From positions 22,562 to 86,561 of the forward strand of contig CANGGG010000003.1 of NCBI GenBank assembly GCA_947453415.1: DNA of 64,000 nt. The letters are read 5' to 3'. The position numbers were made by a program, and so were the translations under genes. This stretch comes from Bacteroidota bacterium (GTDB taxonomy: Bacteria > Bacteroidota > Bacteroidia > UKL13-3). The notes beneath the pieces were generated by a model that worked only from the letters and a program-made list of their open reading frames with translations, was not told the DNA's origin and did no database searches. Positions 20,042 to 28,624 of the stretch are shown here, piece by piece (the first letter of the stretch is position 1; the number at the start of each line of letters is the position of its first letter).

Positions 20042-21483
20042 TATTTTTTAATCCAATAAGCAGTTAAATCCCAATCTCCAATTCTAAAGTTTTTAGTAGA
20101 ATCAGAAACAGTGTTTAAATCAATCTGATTATTTTTAAATAATAAAGTACAATCTTCTTCATTTTTTTCAATAATAATTAAGTTCGGTTTCAAATTAGTT
20201 AACGGACTTTTATAATTAAAATATTGATCCCAAATAGGCATGGAATTACATTTAGCATTCCAGGTACATGTAGCAGCCCAAGCTCCTAATGCCAATTTAT
20301 TTTCCAATTTATCTTTAGCAAAATACATATTGATATCACGAATGGCATAAGTTCTTTCATTGATTAGTTTATTGTAATAAATCAATTGACCAAAAAGCAA
20401 TACCAATGAAACAATAATTGTAAATTTTTTAAACTTTTTTGTTTCAAACAATATCATTAAAATCAAGCATGCTAAAAAACCTAATACAAAGAAAATAGCC
20501 ACAAAATACCTGGAAGGAGCATAGTTTAAAACAAACTTATGACTTTCAAATAGTAACCAAATAAACAGCATAAAAATTAAGCCGAAAAATTTAGAATGAG
20601 TTAGTTTTTTGAAATTAAAAACTCCCATTACAATTACAATAAAAACTATAGCACTCCAAATAATATGATAAGGATTTAAAAAATAATAAACTGCTAATTC
20701 GTATGCCCTATTTCCCCAATTATTAAATTCAATAAATTTGGCTTCACTTTGATTTTGCATTACAAAATTGAACAAATTATAATTTGGTACGTACCAAAAT
20801 AGTAAATAAAAACTCAAATAAATAGCTGAAAACAGAACACTAAAAAGTAAGTTTTTTCTGTTTTCTGTGCTGTTTTCTTTATTGAAAATCCATAATAAAA
20901 ACAAGTAAATAGGAACAATGGCAAGCGTATAAATGAATTGGATTTTTAAAAAATAACTCATGCTTATGAACGTAATTCCAATAAAAAATTGCTTGCTACT
21001 TTTGGTAATGATTGCATTATTGGCGAATACTAAACCAACTAAAACACAAGGAATGGCGAGCATTTCTGCCATACAAAACTGACTGTATTCAAAAATATAA
21101 TATTCAAAAAATACGAAAGGAAAGCTGAATAAAAGTATTTTAAAATTGACTTTTCTTCCAATAAAAAATATTAATAAAACAGTACTTAACAACAAAATCC
21201 AAAGCCTTGCTATGGCTAAACTAATTCCCAAAAAAGTAAATGGCAAAACCAAAGAAAAACCAAATAATGGTGTTTTGATCAGTGCATCTGAACTCGATAA
21301 TTGAAAAGAACCATTGTTTACAAAATTTCTACTTTGAGCAGCATATAAACCTTCATCGGTAAAAGCCGCCCTACCTGTAGAATGAAAATAATGAGGGTCA
21401 GCATCTAAAAATGGTAAATGTACAACCACTATTAAAATGAACAGAAATAGGTATTGGTAATTCTTATTTAAATTTATTCGCAT
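20041..21483 (-). CDS. GT-C fold glycosyltransferase-like membrane protein (family 39/83-like)
   Basis: A 480-aa polytopic protein. A DEGLY…N..G motif sits in the first extracytoplasmic loop, as in ArnT/PMT-type transferases. Confidence 0.45.
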   Translation of the reverse strand: MRINLNKNYQYLFLFILIVVVHLPFLDADPHYFHSTGRAAFTDEGLYAAQSRNFVNNGSFQLSSSDALIKTPLFGFSLVLPFTFLGISLAIARLWILLLSTVLLIFFIGRKVNFKILLFSFPFVFFEYYIFEYSQFCMAEMLAIPCVLVGLVFANNAIITKSSKQFFIGITFISMSYFLKIQFIYTLAIVPIYLFLLWIFNKENSTENRKNLLFSVLFSAIYLSFYLLFWYVPNYNLFNFVMQNQSEAKFIEFNNWGNRAYELAVYYFLNPYHIIWSAIVFIVIVMGVFNFKKLTHSKFFGLIFMLFIWLLFESHKFVLNYAPSRYFVAIFFVLGFLACLILMILFETKKFKKFTIIVSLVLLFGQLIYYNKLINERTYAIRDINMYFAKDKLENKLALGAWAATCTWNAKCNSMPIWDQYFNYKSPLTNLKPNLIIIEKNEEDCTLLFKNNQIDLNTVSDSTKNFRIGDWDLTAYWIKK

Positions 21484-21507
21484 GCAATATTGCTACTTTT
21501 AAAATTA

Positions 21508-22119
21508 TTATGCTTCCAAATGCGAAACATCATTTTCAATGACTAACTCAAATTTCTCCCCATCAAAATCTAACTGATATAAACAAGTGTTTTGGTGGTG
21601 ATAGTTATCCATATTCAATAAAGGAACGTTCAATAATAAACAAATAAAACTCTTCAATGCTCTGCCATGCATACACACCAAAACAGTTTTTTCATGGGTG
21701 TTTTTCAGTATCAATTCTAATGCTTTTTTTTGTCTTTCTTGTAATTGATTAGGCGTTTCTCCATTGGCTACTGCCACATCATAATTACCGCTATTCCATG
21801 CATTCACAGCATATTGATAAAACTCCCTTTCTTTAAAATCTTGTACTTTTCCTTCAAAATCGCCCCAACTAATTTCATTTAATTCATGCAGTTTTTCATA
21901 AGGAATTCCATCGTTTATAAAATGCTGAATGCTTTGTTGGGTTCGCTTCAAACCCGATACATAAATTTTATCAAAAGAAATGTTTTTATATTTATTGTAA
22001 AACAAAAAACCTTGATTCAAACCAGTTTCATTTAAATTGGTATCTACTCCATTTCCTTGAACTATGTTCATTTTATTGAAGTCAGTTTCGCCATGCCTGA
22101 TGATGTATATTTTTTTCAT
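21508..22119 (-). CDS. histidine phosphatase family protein (phosphoglycerate mutase-like)
   Basis: It has the N-terminal RHGETDFN catalytic motif and is 203 aa. Confidence 0.8.
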   Translation of the reverse strand: MKKIYIIRHGETDFNKMNIVQGNGVDTNLNETGLNQGFLFYNKYKNISFDKIYVSGLKRTQQSIQHFINDGIPYEKLHELNEISWGDFEGKVQDFKEREFYQYAVNAWNSGNYDVAVANGETPNQLQERQKKALELILKNTHEKTVLVCMHGRALKSFICLLLNVPLLNMDNYHHQNTCLYQLDFDGEKFELVIENDVSHLEA

Positions 22120-22306
22120 TTTAGTATTTACAATAATAATTGATTTACAATTAGAAAATCTTTTTTTGACAGTGGTATCATTTTATTTTATTTTGGTAAA
22201 AATATTGATTTATTCACTAATTAAAACGAGTTCCTAAATAAATTTTTATATTCGTGATCGAAATTCAAAATAGTAAAGATTGAATTCTTGTTTTTTACAT
22301 CAATAA

Positions 22307-22816
22307 ATGAAACCATTTCAAGCAATAAAATATTTATTTTCATTCATCGTTTTGTTCTTGTTAACTCAAAATTGCAATGCACAATTTATAGGTTGTAAAG
22401 ACAGTACAAGAATTAATTTAGCTTTCCCTTGTCCTGACCCAACATACAGGCCTGTTTGTGGCTGCGATGGCGTAACTTATAGAAATATTTGCGCAGCTGA
22501 AATACAAAATGGAATCAGCCCTGGCCAATGGCGAGATGGTTCTTGTACAGGTTTAGAATTTGACATTTTCCCAACTTATACTCCCAACAATTTGAACTTT
22601 TCATTTGTTCAACCGCAAAATGTTACAACAACTGCAAATTTGTATATCATAGACCAATATGGTGCCATGTTATTTTACAAAACTTTATATCCAGATTTAA
22701 GCGGCAGGGTTGATTTATTTATAACCGAAACTGCCAATTACAGGCCAGGTGTATATATTATGTTTTTATACAACGCAAGAGGCGATTACAGGTTTAAAAA
22801 ATTTGTAAAATATTAG
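22307..22816 (+). CDS. secreted protein with a Kazal-type protease-inhibitor-like domain
   Basis: A signal peptide is followed by C…C…PVCGCDGVTYRNIC…C, a six-Cys Kazal pattern. Confidence 0.5.
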   Translation: MKPFQAIKYLFSFIVLFLLTQNCNAQFIGCKDSTRINLAFPCPDPTYRPVCGCDGVTYRNICAAEIQNGISPGQWRDGSCTGLEFDIFPTYTPNNLNFSFVQPQNVTTTANLYIIDQYGAMLFYKTLYPDLSGRVDLFITETANYRPGVYIMFLYNARGDYRFKKFVKY

Positions 22817-22838
22817 TTTCAATACACAATTATTTACC

Positions 22839-24257
22839 ATGAAAAAGTCCGCTTTATTTATTCTTTTTTGTTTAATCATTTCATTTGCAAATGCACAAAT
22901 TGCATACAGAATGACACTGCTTAGCAATTGGAATAATCTCAATTTAAACAAAGTAGATTCTATTAATATTTGGAACGATTTGGCAGGATATTACGATAGT
23001 TTAACACACAAAGAATATATCATTGCTGGAAGCACCGATAGCATTTATTTTTTTGATATTACCATTCCCACTCAAATAAAATTATTGGATGTGGAATATG
23101 GTTCGGTTAAAAATGTAATCAACAGGGATTACGAAATTTATCAGCATTATGTGTATTGCGTAGCTGACCAAAACAGAAGTTCAATGCAAATTTTTGATTT
23201 AAAATATTTGCCAGATTCTGTTCACAAAGTATATGAAGACAGTAGCTTAGCCATTAACACGCACAGTATTTTTATAGAAGCAAAAAGTAAGCGTTTGTAC
23301 ATGTATTCTAATAAATATGCATTTTGGGTAAATGGAAATTCAAAGGAATCGGCCATGGATATTATTTCATTGGAGAATCCTGAAAAACCTGTGTTTTTAG
23401 CCAAATTAATGGTTCCCAATAGGGCAAATGGAGAAGCTGCTTTTAGATGGGTTCATGAAGGACATGTTAGGAATGATACTGGCTATCTTTCATGCGGTAC
23501 AAGTGGATTGTATATTTACGATTTGCGCGATTTAAATAATCAGCAAATAATTGGTAGCATCGTTAACTATCCGGGAAGTGGATATAACCATTCATCGTGG
23601 TTAAATAAAAATGGAAAGTACATCATGTTTACTGATGAAAACATGAATTTGCCAGTAAAAATATTTGACATCAGTATCATTCAAGCTCCTCGTTTAGAAA
23701 GTACTTTTATTTCTAACACTTGGGCCACGCCTCACAATGCTTATTGGTATGGCGATTTTGCGGTGGTTTCGCATTATCAAGACGGTGTTTTTATTTGGAA
23801 TATTGCCGATACTAAAAAACCATTTTTAGCTGCTTATTACGATACTTATCCTCAAAATGCAGTGAATGATTACACTAAAAACTTTGCAGGCTGTTGGGGT
23901 GTTTGGCCTTATTTGCCTAGCGGCAATATCATAGCAAGCGATAGAACCAATGGTATTTTTGTGTTAAAAGCCGATAGCGGTTTGTTAAACACTCAAGAAA
24001 TTAAGCAAAATATAAAGGCAAATATTTATCCAAACCCAAGTAATGAAGAAATAAATATAGCCATTGAAACCAATTATAATGATGCATTTAAAATTCAAAT
24101 TTTAAATTTACAGGGACAAATAGTAAAAGAATTTACACCCGAATTTAAAAGCAATTATTTGTATACCGAAAACATCAGTGATTTAAAAAATGGATTATAT
24201 ATTATAGCAATTATTGGCACTAAAAACATTTTAAAACAAAAATTTTGGAAACAATAA
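22839..24257 (+). CDS. LVIVD-repeat (choice-of-anchor-B-like) beta-propeller protein with a T9SS C-terminal sorting domain
   Basis: It has a signal peptide and repeated [LIV]x[IV]xD[IL]..P..P motifs. The C-terminal ~80 aa (IYPNPSNEEINIAIE…GLYIIAIIG) look like a T9SS CTD. Confidence 0.6.
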   Translation: MKKSALFILFCLIISFANAQIAYRMTLLSNWNNLNLNKVDSINIWNDLAGYYDSLTHKEYIIAGSTDSIYFFDITIPTQIKLLDVEYGSVKNVINRDYEIYQHYVYCVADQNRSSMQIFDLKYLPDSVHKVYEDSSLAINTHSIFIEAKSKRLYMYSNKYAFWVNGNSKESAMDIISLENPEKPVFLAKLMVPNRANGEAAFRWVHEGHVRNDTGYLSCGTSGLYIYDLRDLNNQQIIGSIVNYPGSGYNHSSWLNKNGKYIMFTDENMNLPVKIFDISIIQAPRLESTFISNTWATPHNAYWYGDFAVVSHYQDGVFIWNIADTKKPFLAAYYDTYPQNAVNDYTKNFAGCWGVWPYLPSGNIIASDRTNGIFVLKADSGLLNTQEIKQNIKANIYPNPSNEEINIAIETNYNDAFKIQILNLQGQIVKEFTPEFKSNYLYTENISDLKNGLYIIAIIGTKNILKQKFWKQ

Positions 24258-24281
24258 TTATTTCCATTTAACATTAAAAAC

Positions 24282-25673
24282 ATGCGAAAAATATACATTT
24301 TACTCTTTATTTTATTATCAGTAAATGGCTTAAAAGCCCAACAATCATTGAACATGGAGCTGTTAGCTCAATGGAACGACACCACTTTACAACCAATAGA
24401 TGGCGACCAACTTTGGAGTGACATAATGGGTTACCACGATTCAATAAAAAATAAAGAATATGCCATATTATTTGGAAACGATAGCTTTTACTTTTTTGAT
24501 ATCACAAATCCAAAAACTACTAAATTAATAGTAACAGTTGATGGATATTCAAAAAAATCAATCAATAGAGATGTAGAAATTTACCAGCATTATGCCTATT
24601 GTGTTTCAGAAAGGTCAGGCAGTTTGGGAGGATTGCAAATATTAGATTTACAATATTTACCCGATTCAGTACATGAAGTTTATAGAAGCGATGCATTAAC
24701 TGTTCAAGCGCATACTGTGTTTATAGAAGTGGAAAGAAAACGAATGTATATACCACAAAATTCTACTAAAGTTGGTTTTTCTGCCATGGATATTTTTTCG
24801 TTAAATAATCCTGAAAACCCAACGAAATTGGCCAGTTTACAAGTTCCTTTAAATGGTTTGGGCGAAGCTCAATTTAGTAAGGTTCACGAAATGTATAGTA
24901 GAAATGATACGGTATATTTATCGTGTTATGAAAACGGATTATACATGATGGATTTGACCAATTTAAACGCTCAAAAATTATTGGGCGTAATAGCAAATTA
25001 TCCGCAGCGAGGAACTAACCATAGCAGTTGGTTAAATGCCAAAGGAAATATGATCATGTTTACCGATGAAAACCAAGGTTCACCCATAAAAATATTTGAC
25101 ATTAGTGACATAGGAAATCCAAAACAAATAGTATATTTTAATTCGCACCCAAATGCATTGCCACATAATGCTTATTGGAAAGAAAATATGGCCGTAGTTT
25201 CCGCTTATGAAGACGGTGTTTATATATTTGATATAACAAATTTGAACAATCCAAAAGTACATGCTTTTTACGATACCTATCCTTTAAATGCAGATGGTGT
25301 TTATTCGGGTTTTCATGGCTGTTGGGGAGTATGGCCTTATTTGCCAAGTGGCAATATAATTGCCAGTGATATAAGCGAAGGATTATTTGTTATGAAACCT
25401 AATTATGGCGTTGGAGAAAACGAAATCATTTCAGAAAACGCTATTGTTGAAATATATCCTAATCCAGCAAATAAATTGGTGAATTTTAAAATGCCCAATC
25501 TAAATGAAAATTATGATTTAATTATAATGGATACGAAAGGATTAATAGTAAAAGAATCAGCAATTAACTCAACAAACTTAAAATTAAGTATAGATGGCTT
25601 AAATGCTGGGTTTTATTTTTTCAAAATAAGCAATGCTAATTATTCAAAAACTTTTAAAATAATTATTGAATAA
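24282..25673 (+). CDS. LVIVD-repeat T9SS-sorted protein, tandem paralog of the previous gene
   Basis: It is collinear with 22839-24257 (YQHY.YCV, KIFDIS, GCWGVWPYLPSGNIIASD). The C-terminal IYPNPANKLVNFKM…FYFFKI region looks like a T9SS CTD. Confidence 0.6.
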   Translation: MRKIYILLFILLSVNGLKAQQSLNMELLAQWNDTTLQPIDGDQLWSDIMGYHDSIKNKEYAILFGNDSFYFFDITNPKTTKLIVTVDGYSKKSINRDVEIYQHYAYCVSERSGSLGGLQILDLQYLPDSVHEVYRSDALTVQAHTVFIEVERKRMYIPQNSTKVGFSAMDIFSLNNPENPTKLASLQVPLNGLGEAQFSKVHEMYSRNDTVYLSCYENGLYMMDLTNLNAQKLLGVIANYPQRGTNHSSWLNAKGNMIMFTDENQGSPIKIFDISDIGNPKQIVYFNSHPNALPHNAYWKENMAVVSAYEDGVYIFDITNLNNPKVHAFYDTYPLNADGVYSGFHGCWGVWPYLPSGNIIASDISEGLFVMKPNYGVGENEIISENAIVEIYPNPANKLVNFKMPNLNENYDLIIMDTKGLIVKESAINSTNLKLSIDGLNAGFYFFKISNANYSKTFKIIIE

Positions 25674-25674
25674 A

Positions 25675-25911
25675 TTAATAATTGTTATTCTTGTGATAAA
25701 AATTATTGCCACACTTACGGCACCAATATTTATATACATTTTTGGGAAGCATATATTTTTTCATCCAAGAATTTCTAGCAACACGCTCCGAATCGGGAGA
25801 ATTACATACCCTACAAGTTTTATCTTTTTGCGTTTTAATAAAAATAAAAAACTTAAAAGAAAAGTAAAAAAATAAAACTAAGAGGAATACAAATAATAAA
25901 TAATAAAACAT
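25675..25911 (-). CDS. small membrane-anchored zinc-ribbon protein
   Basis: A 78-aa protein with an N-terminal TM helix followed by CRVC…(27 aa)…CRKCG. It is a paralog of 28149-28445. Confidence 0.45.
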   Translation of the reverse strand: MFYYLLFVFLLVLFFYFSFKFFIFIKTQKDKTCRVCNSPDSERVARNSWMKKYMLPKNVYKYWCRKCGNNFYHKNNNY

Positions 25912-25991
25912 ACAATTTTTGGGGTGTGCAATGATACAAAAATTTATAAAAATATAAAATAAACGTATAATTAAAATTCCCTAAAAAACCG

Positions 25992-27374
25992 TCAGCTATT
26001 TTTTGTTAAAGTAAAAACAGTAATCTCAGGTAAAATACCCACTCGTCCTGGATATCCTAAAAAGCCAAATCCCCTGTTTACGTATAGTTGTTGGTTTTTA
26101 ACATGATACAAACCAGCCCAATGAGGATAAATATATTGGGAAGGACTCCATTTAAAACTCCCTATTTCAACACCAAATTGAAATCCATGTGTATGTCCGC
26201 TAAAGGTAACATCAATGTCTTTATGATTTTTACTAACTATGCTATCAAAATGACTTGGATCGTGTGAAAGTAATAATTTTACAGGAACATCAGGCATATT
26301 TTTAGTGGCTTTATCTATGTCACCATATTTTTGAAAACGTCCCCTATCACCCCAATTTTCTACACCAATGATTCCAATTCTTTGGTTGTTTTTGGTTAAA
26401 GTTATATGTTCATTTCTTAATAAATTCCAACCCATGTTTTTATGTGCTTGTGCTAAATCTGCTAAGTTTTTTTCTTTTGCTTCTTTACTTGCCCAATTTG
26501 GAACATAATCACCATAATCGTGGTTTCCATATATACTAAATACACCCATTGGTGCTTTTATTTCCGCAAAAATATTTTGCCAATCATATAATTCATCTGT
26601 CATGCTATTCACAATGTCGCCAGTAAAAAACACCAAATCAGCATTTTCTTGTTTGATCATTTGAATGCCTTTATAAACAGCATCTCTATCGGTAAAACTT
26701 CCCGTGTGAACATCACTTATTTGTAGCAATTTTACACCTTCAAAACCACTTGGTAAATTAGGCAAATACAATTGAACGCGTCTAACTCTGTAATCGTAAG
26801 CTCCTTTAATAATTCCTCTTGACAAAATTATAAGCGGTGCAGCGGAAACCAATAAACCTGTAGTAGCCAAAAATTGACTTCTACTTATTTTTTCTTTTTC
26901 CTCTATTTCTTCTTCGTGAATATGTTCTAAAACATCACCTTGAGTAGGATCAACAATGTTTTTTGATTGATTTCGAGATACTATTTTTCTCCATATTATT
27001 TTGAATAATCTTTTTAAATCATCAAAAATTAAAAAAATACATACAACAAATTTTGAAATATAAATGACAAAATAGAAGCCAGCGAAGTATATTTTAATAA
27101 AATTATTTCCGTTTTTACCAGGAAAAAGCAGACCAGAAATAAAATAAATAAAAACTAACACAGGAATAGTCCAGTAAATATAAGCAAATACTTTTCTTGT
27201 AAAATCTGATTTATTTCTTACTAAAGCCCTAACAGCTTGCCAACTATATAAATCAATTATAATTGCGAAGGATATAAAAGATAATGCTAATTTAATTTGA
27301 AATGCTTGAATCACGAATGTTTTATGCTTTATTTGAAAAGAATACAAATAAACAATGCTTTGTACATAAAACAA
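25992..27374 (-). CDS. membrane-bound metallophosphoesterase (calcineurin-like)
   Basis: Several N-terminal TM segments precede GDIVN, GNHDYGDY and LSHDPSH metallophosphoesterase motifs. Confidence 0.8.
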   Translation of the reverse strand: MFYVQSIVYLYSFQIKHKTFVIQAFQIKLALSFISFAIIIDLYSWQAVRALVRNKSDFTRKVFAYIYWTIPVLVFIYFISGLLFPGKNGNNFIKIYFAGFYFVIYISKFVVCIFLIFDDLKRLFKIIWRKIVSRNQSKNIVDPTQGDVLEHIHEEEIEEKEKISRSQFLATTGLLVSAAPLIILSRGIIKGAYDYRVRRVQLYLPNLPSGFEGVKLLQISDVHTGSFTDRDAVYKGIQMIKQENADLVFFTGDIVNSMTDELYDWQNIFAEIKAPMGVFSIYGNHDYGDYVPNWASKEAKEKNLADLAQAHKNMGWNLLRNEHITLTKNNQRIGIIGVENWGDRGRFQKYGDIDKATKNMPDVPVKLLLSHDPSHFDSIVSKNHKDIDVTFSGHTHGFQFGVEIGSFKWSPSQYIYPHWAGLYHVKNQQLYVNRGFGFLGYPGRVGILPEITVFTLTKNS

Positions 27375-27421
27375 AAGGAGATTTCATTATGATTTTGTAA
27401 ACTTGCTGCGAAAAAAATATT

Positions 27422-28156
27422 TTGAATAAAAACAAACACATAAAAGCAATACAAGGAAAACTCATAAAGTTTAAAGATTGGCTTTTGAAAGTGTTCCTAC
27501 TTTCTTGGCAATTCAGTTTTATGCTGATTATACTTTACAGAGTAGTTCCGGTTCCGTTAACTCCTTTACATATGGTTAGGCTATTTGAACAAATGGCCGG
27601 AAGTGATGAAATGCGTTTAAACAAATCGTGGCGTGGAATTGATTATATTGGTAACAATATGATTAAAGCTACCATAGTTGGCGAAGATTTACAGTTTTTT
27701 GAACATTACGGTTTTGATTTTGAACAAATATACAAATCAATAGAAAGCAGTATAAATGGTGGAAAAAAATTAAGAGGAGCAAGTACTATAAGCCAGCAAA
27801 CTGCTAAAAATTTATTTTTTACTCCAAGCCGTAGTTGGATTAGAAAAGGATTAGAATTTTATATTACAGTAAGCATAGAATTGCTTTGGAGTAAACGAAG
27901 AATTTTGGAAGTTTACTTAAATATTATAGAAATGGGCAAAGGAATATATGGAGCTGAGGCTGCAGCAAATTTTTATTATAATAAATCGGCCAATGAATTA
28001 AGTAAAAATGAAGCTGCATCAATTGTTGCTTGTTTTCCAAATCCAAGAAGATGGACCGCTAATAAGCCCTCAAAATATATAGAAAGAAAACAATCAGTAA
28101 TAGTGAGGTATATGAAATATGTAAAAATACCATGGAAACAAAAAGGTACTAAGTAA
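27422..28156 (+). CDS. mtgA: monofunctional biosynthetic peptidoglycan transglycosylase
   Basis: It has an N-terminal TM segment and GT51 motifs (VGEDLQFFEHYGFD, ASTISQQTAKNLF, RRILEVYLNIIEMG). Confidence 0.85.
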   Translation: MNKNKHIKAIQGKLIKFKDWLLKVFLLSWQFSFMLIILYRVVPVPLTPLHMVRLFEQMAGSDEMRLNKSWRGIDYIGNNMIKATIVGEDLQFFEHYGFDFEQIYKSIESSINGGKKLRGASTISQQTAKNLFFTPSRSWIRKGLEFYITVSIELLWSKRRILEVYLNIIEMGKGIYGAEAAANFYYNKSANELSKNEAASIVACFPNPRRWTANKPSKYIERKQSVIVRYMKYVKIPWKQKGTK

Positions 28157-28445
28157 ATTTTATATTTTCTGTATTCTTTTTGTAGATATAAAATTTGTGG
28201 TGACATTTACCACATGAATATTTTCTGTATGTATCAGAAATCCCTATCATTTTAAATAATTTATTTTTTTTAATCCTTGAAATGTCTTTTACAGCGCCAC
28301 ATTTTGGACATTTGTAATTAAAATTAAAATAAATATTATAAACATAAAAAAACAAAACAACAAGGATAAAAAGTAAAAAAATAGGAATAAAATTTACATA
28401 TAAGAATCCTTCTATGTCTATGGCATTGATAATTAAAGTATTCAT
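28149..28445 (-). CDS. small membrane-anchored zinc-ribbon protein (paralog of 25675-25911)
   Basis: A 98-aa protein with a TM helix followed by CPKC…(27 aa)…CGKCHHKFY. It overlaps the mtgA 3' end by 8 nt, tail to tail. Confidence 0.45.
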   Translation of the reverse strand: MNTLIINAIDIEGFLYVNFIPIFLLFILVVLFFYVYNIYFNFNYKCPKCGAVKDISRIKKNKLFKMIGISDTYRKYSCGKCHHKFYIYKKNTENIKFT

Positions 28446-28624
28446 TTCGTTTTATATTAATTACTTAATTTGTTTTTAATAATTCGGGAATAAACTAAAA
28501 AATAGTTAATTATCAAAATTAAATCATAAAAAAATAATTAAGTAAAATAGTATTGAAATAAAAATAAAATAATCAAAGGCCTAATTCTCTTTTATATTCG
28601 CACACCTCAAACAATTTTCATTCA

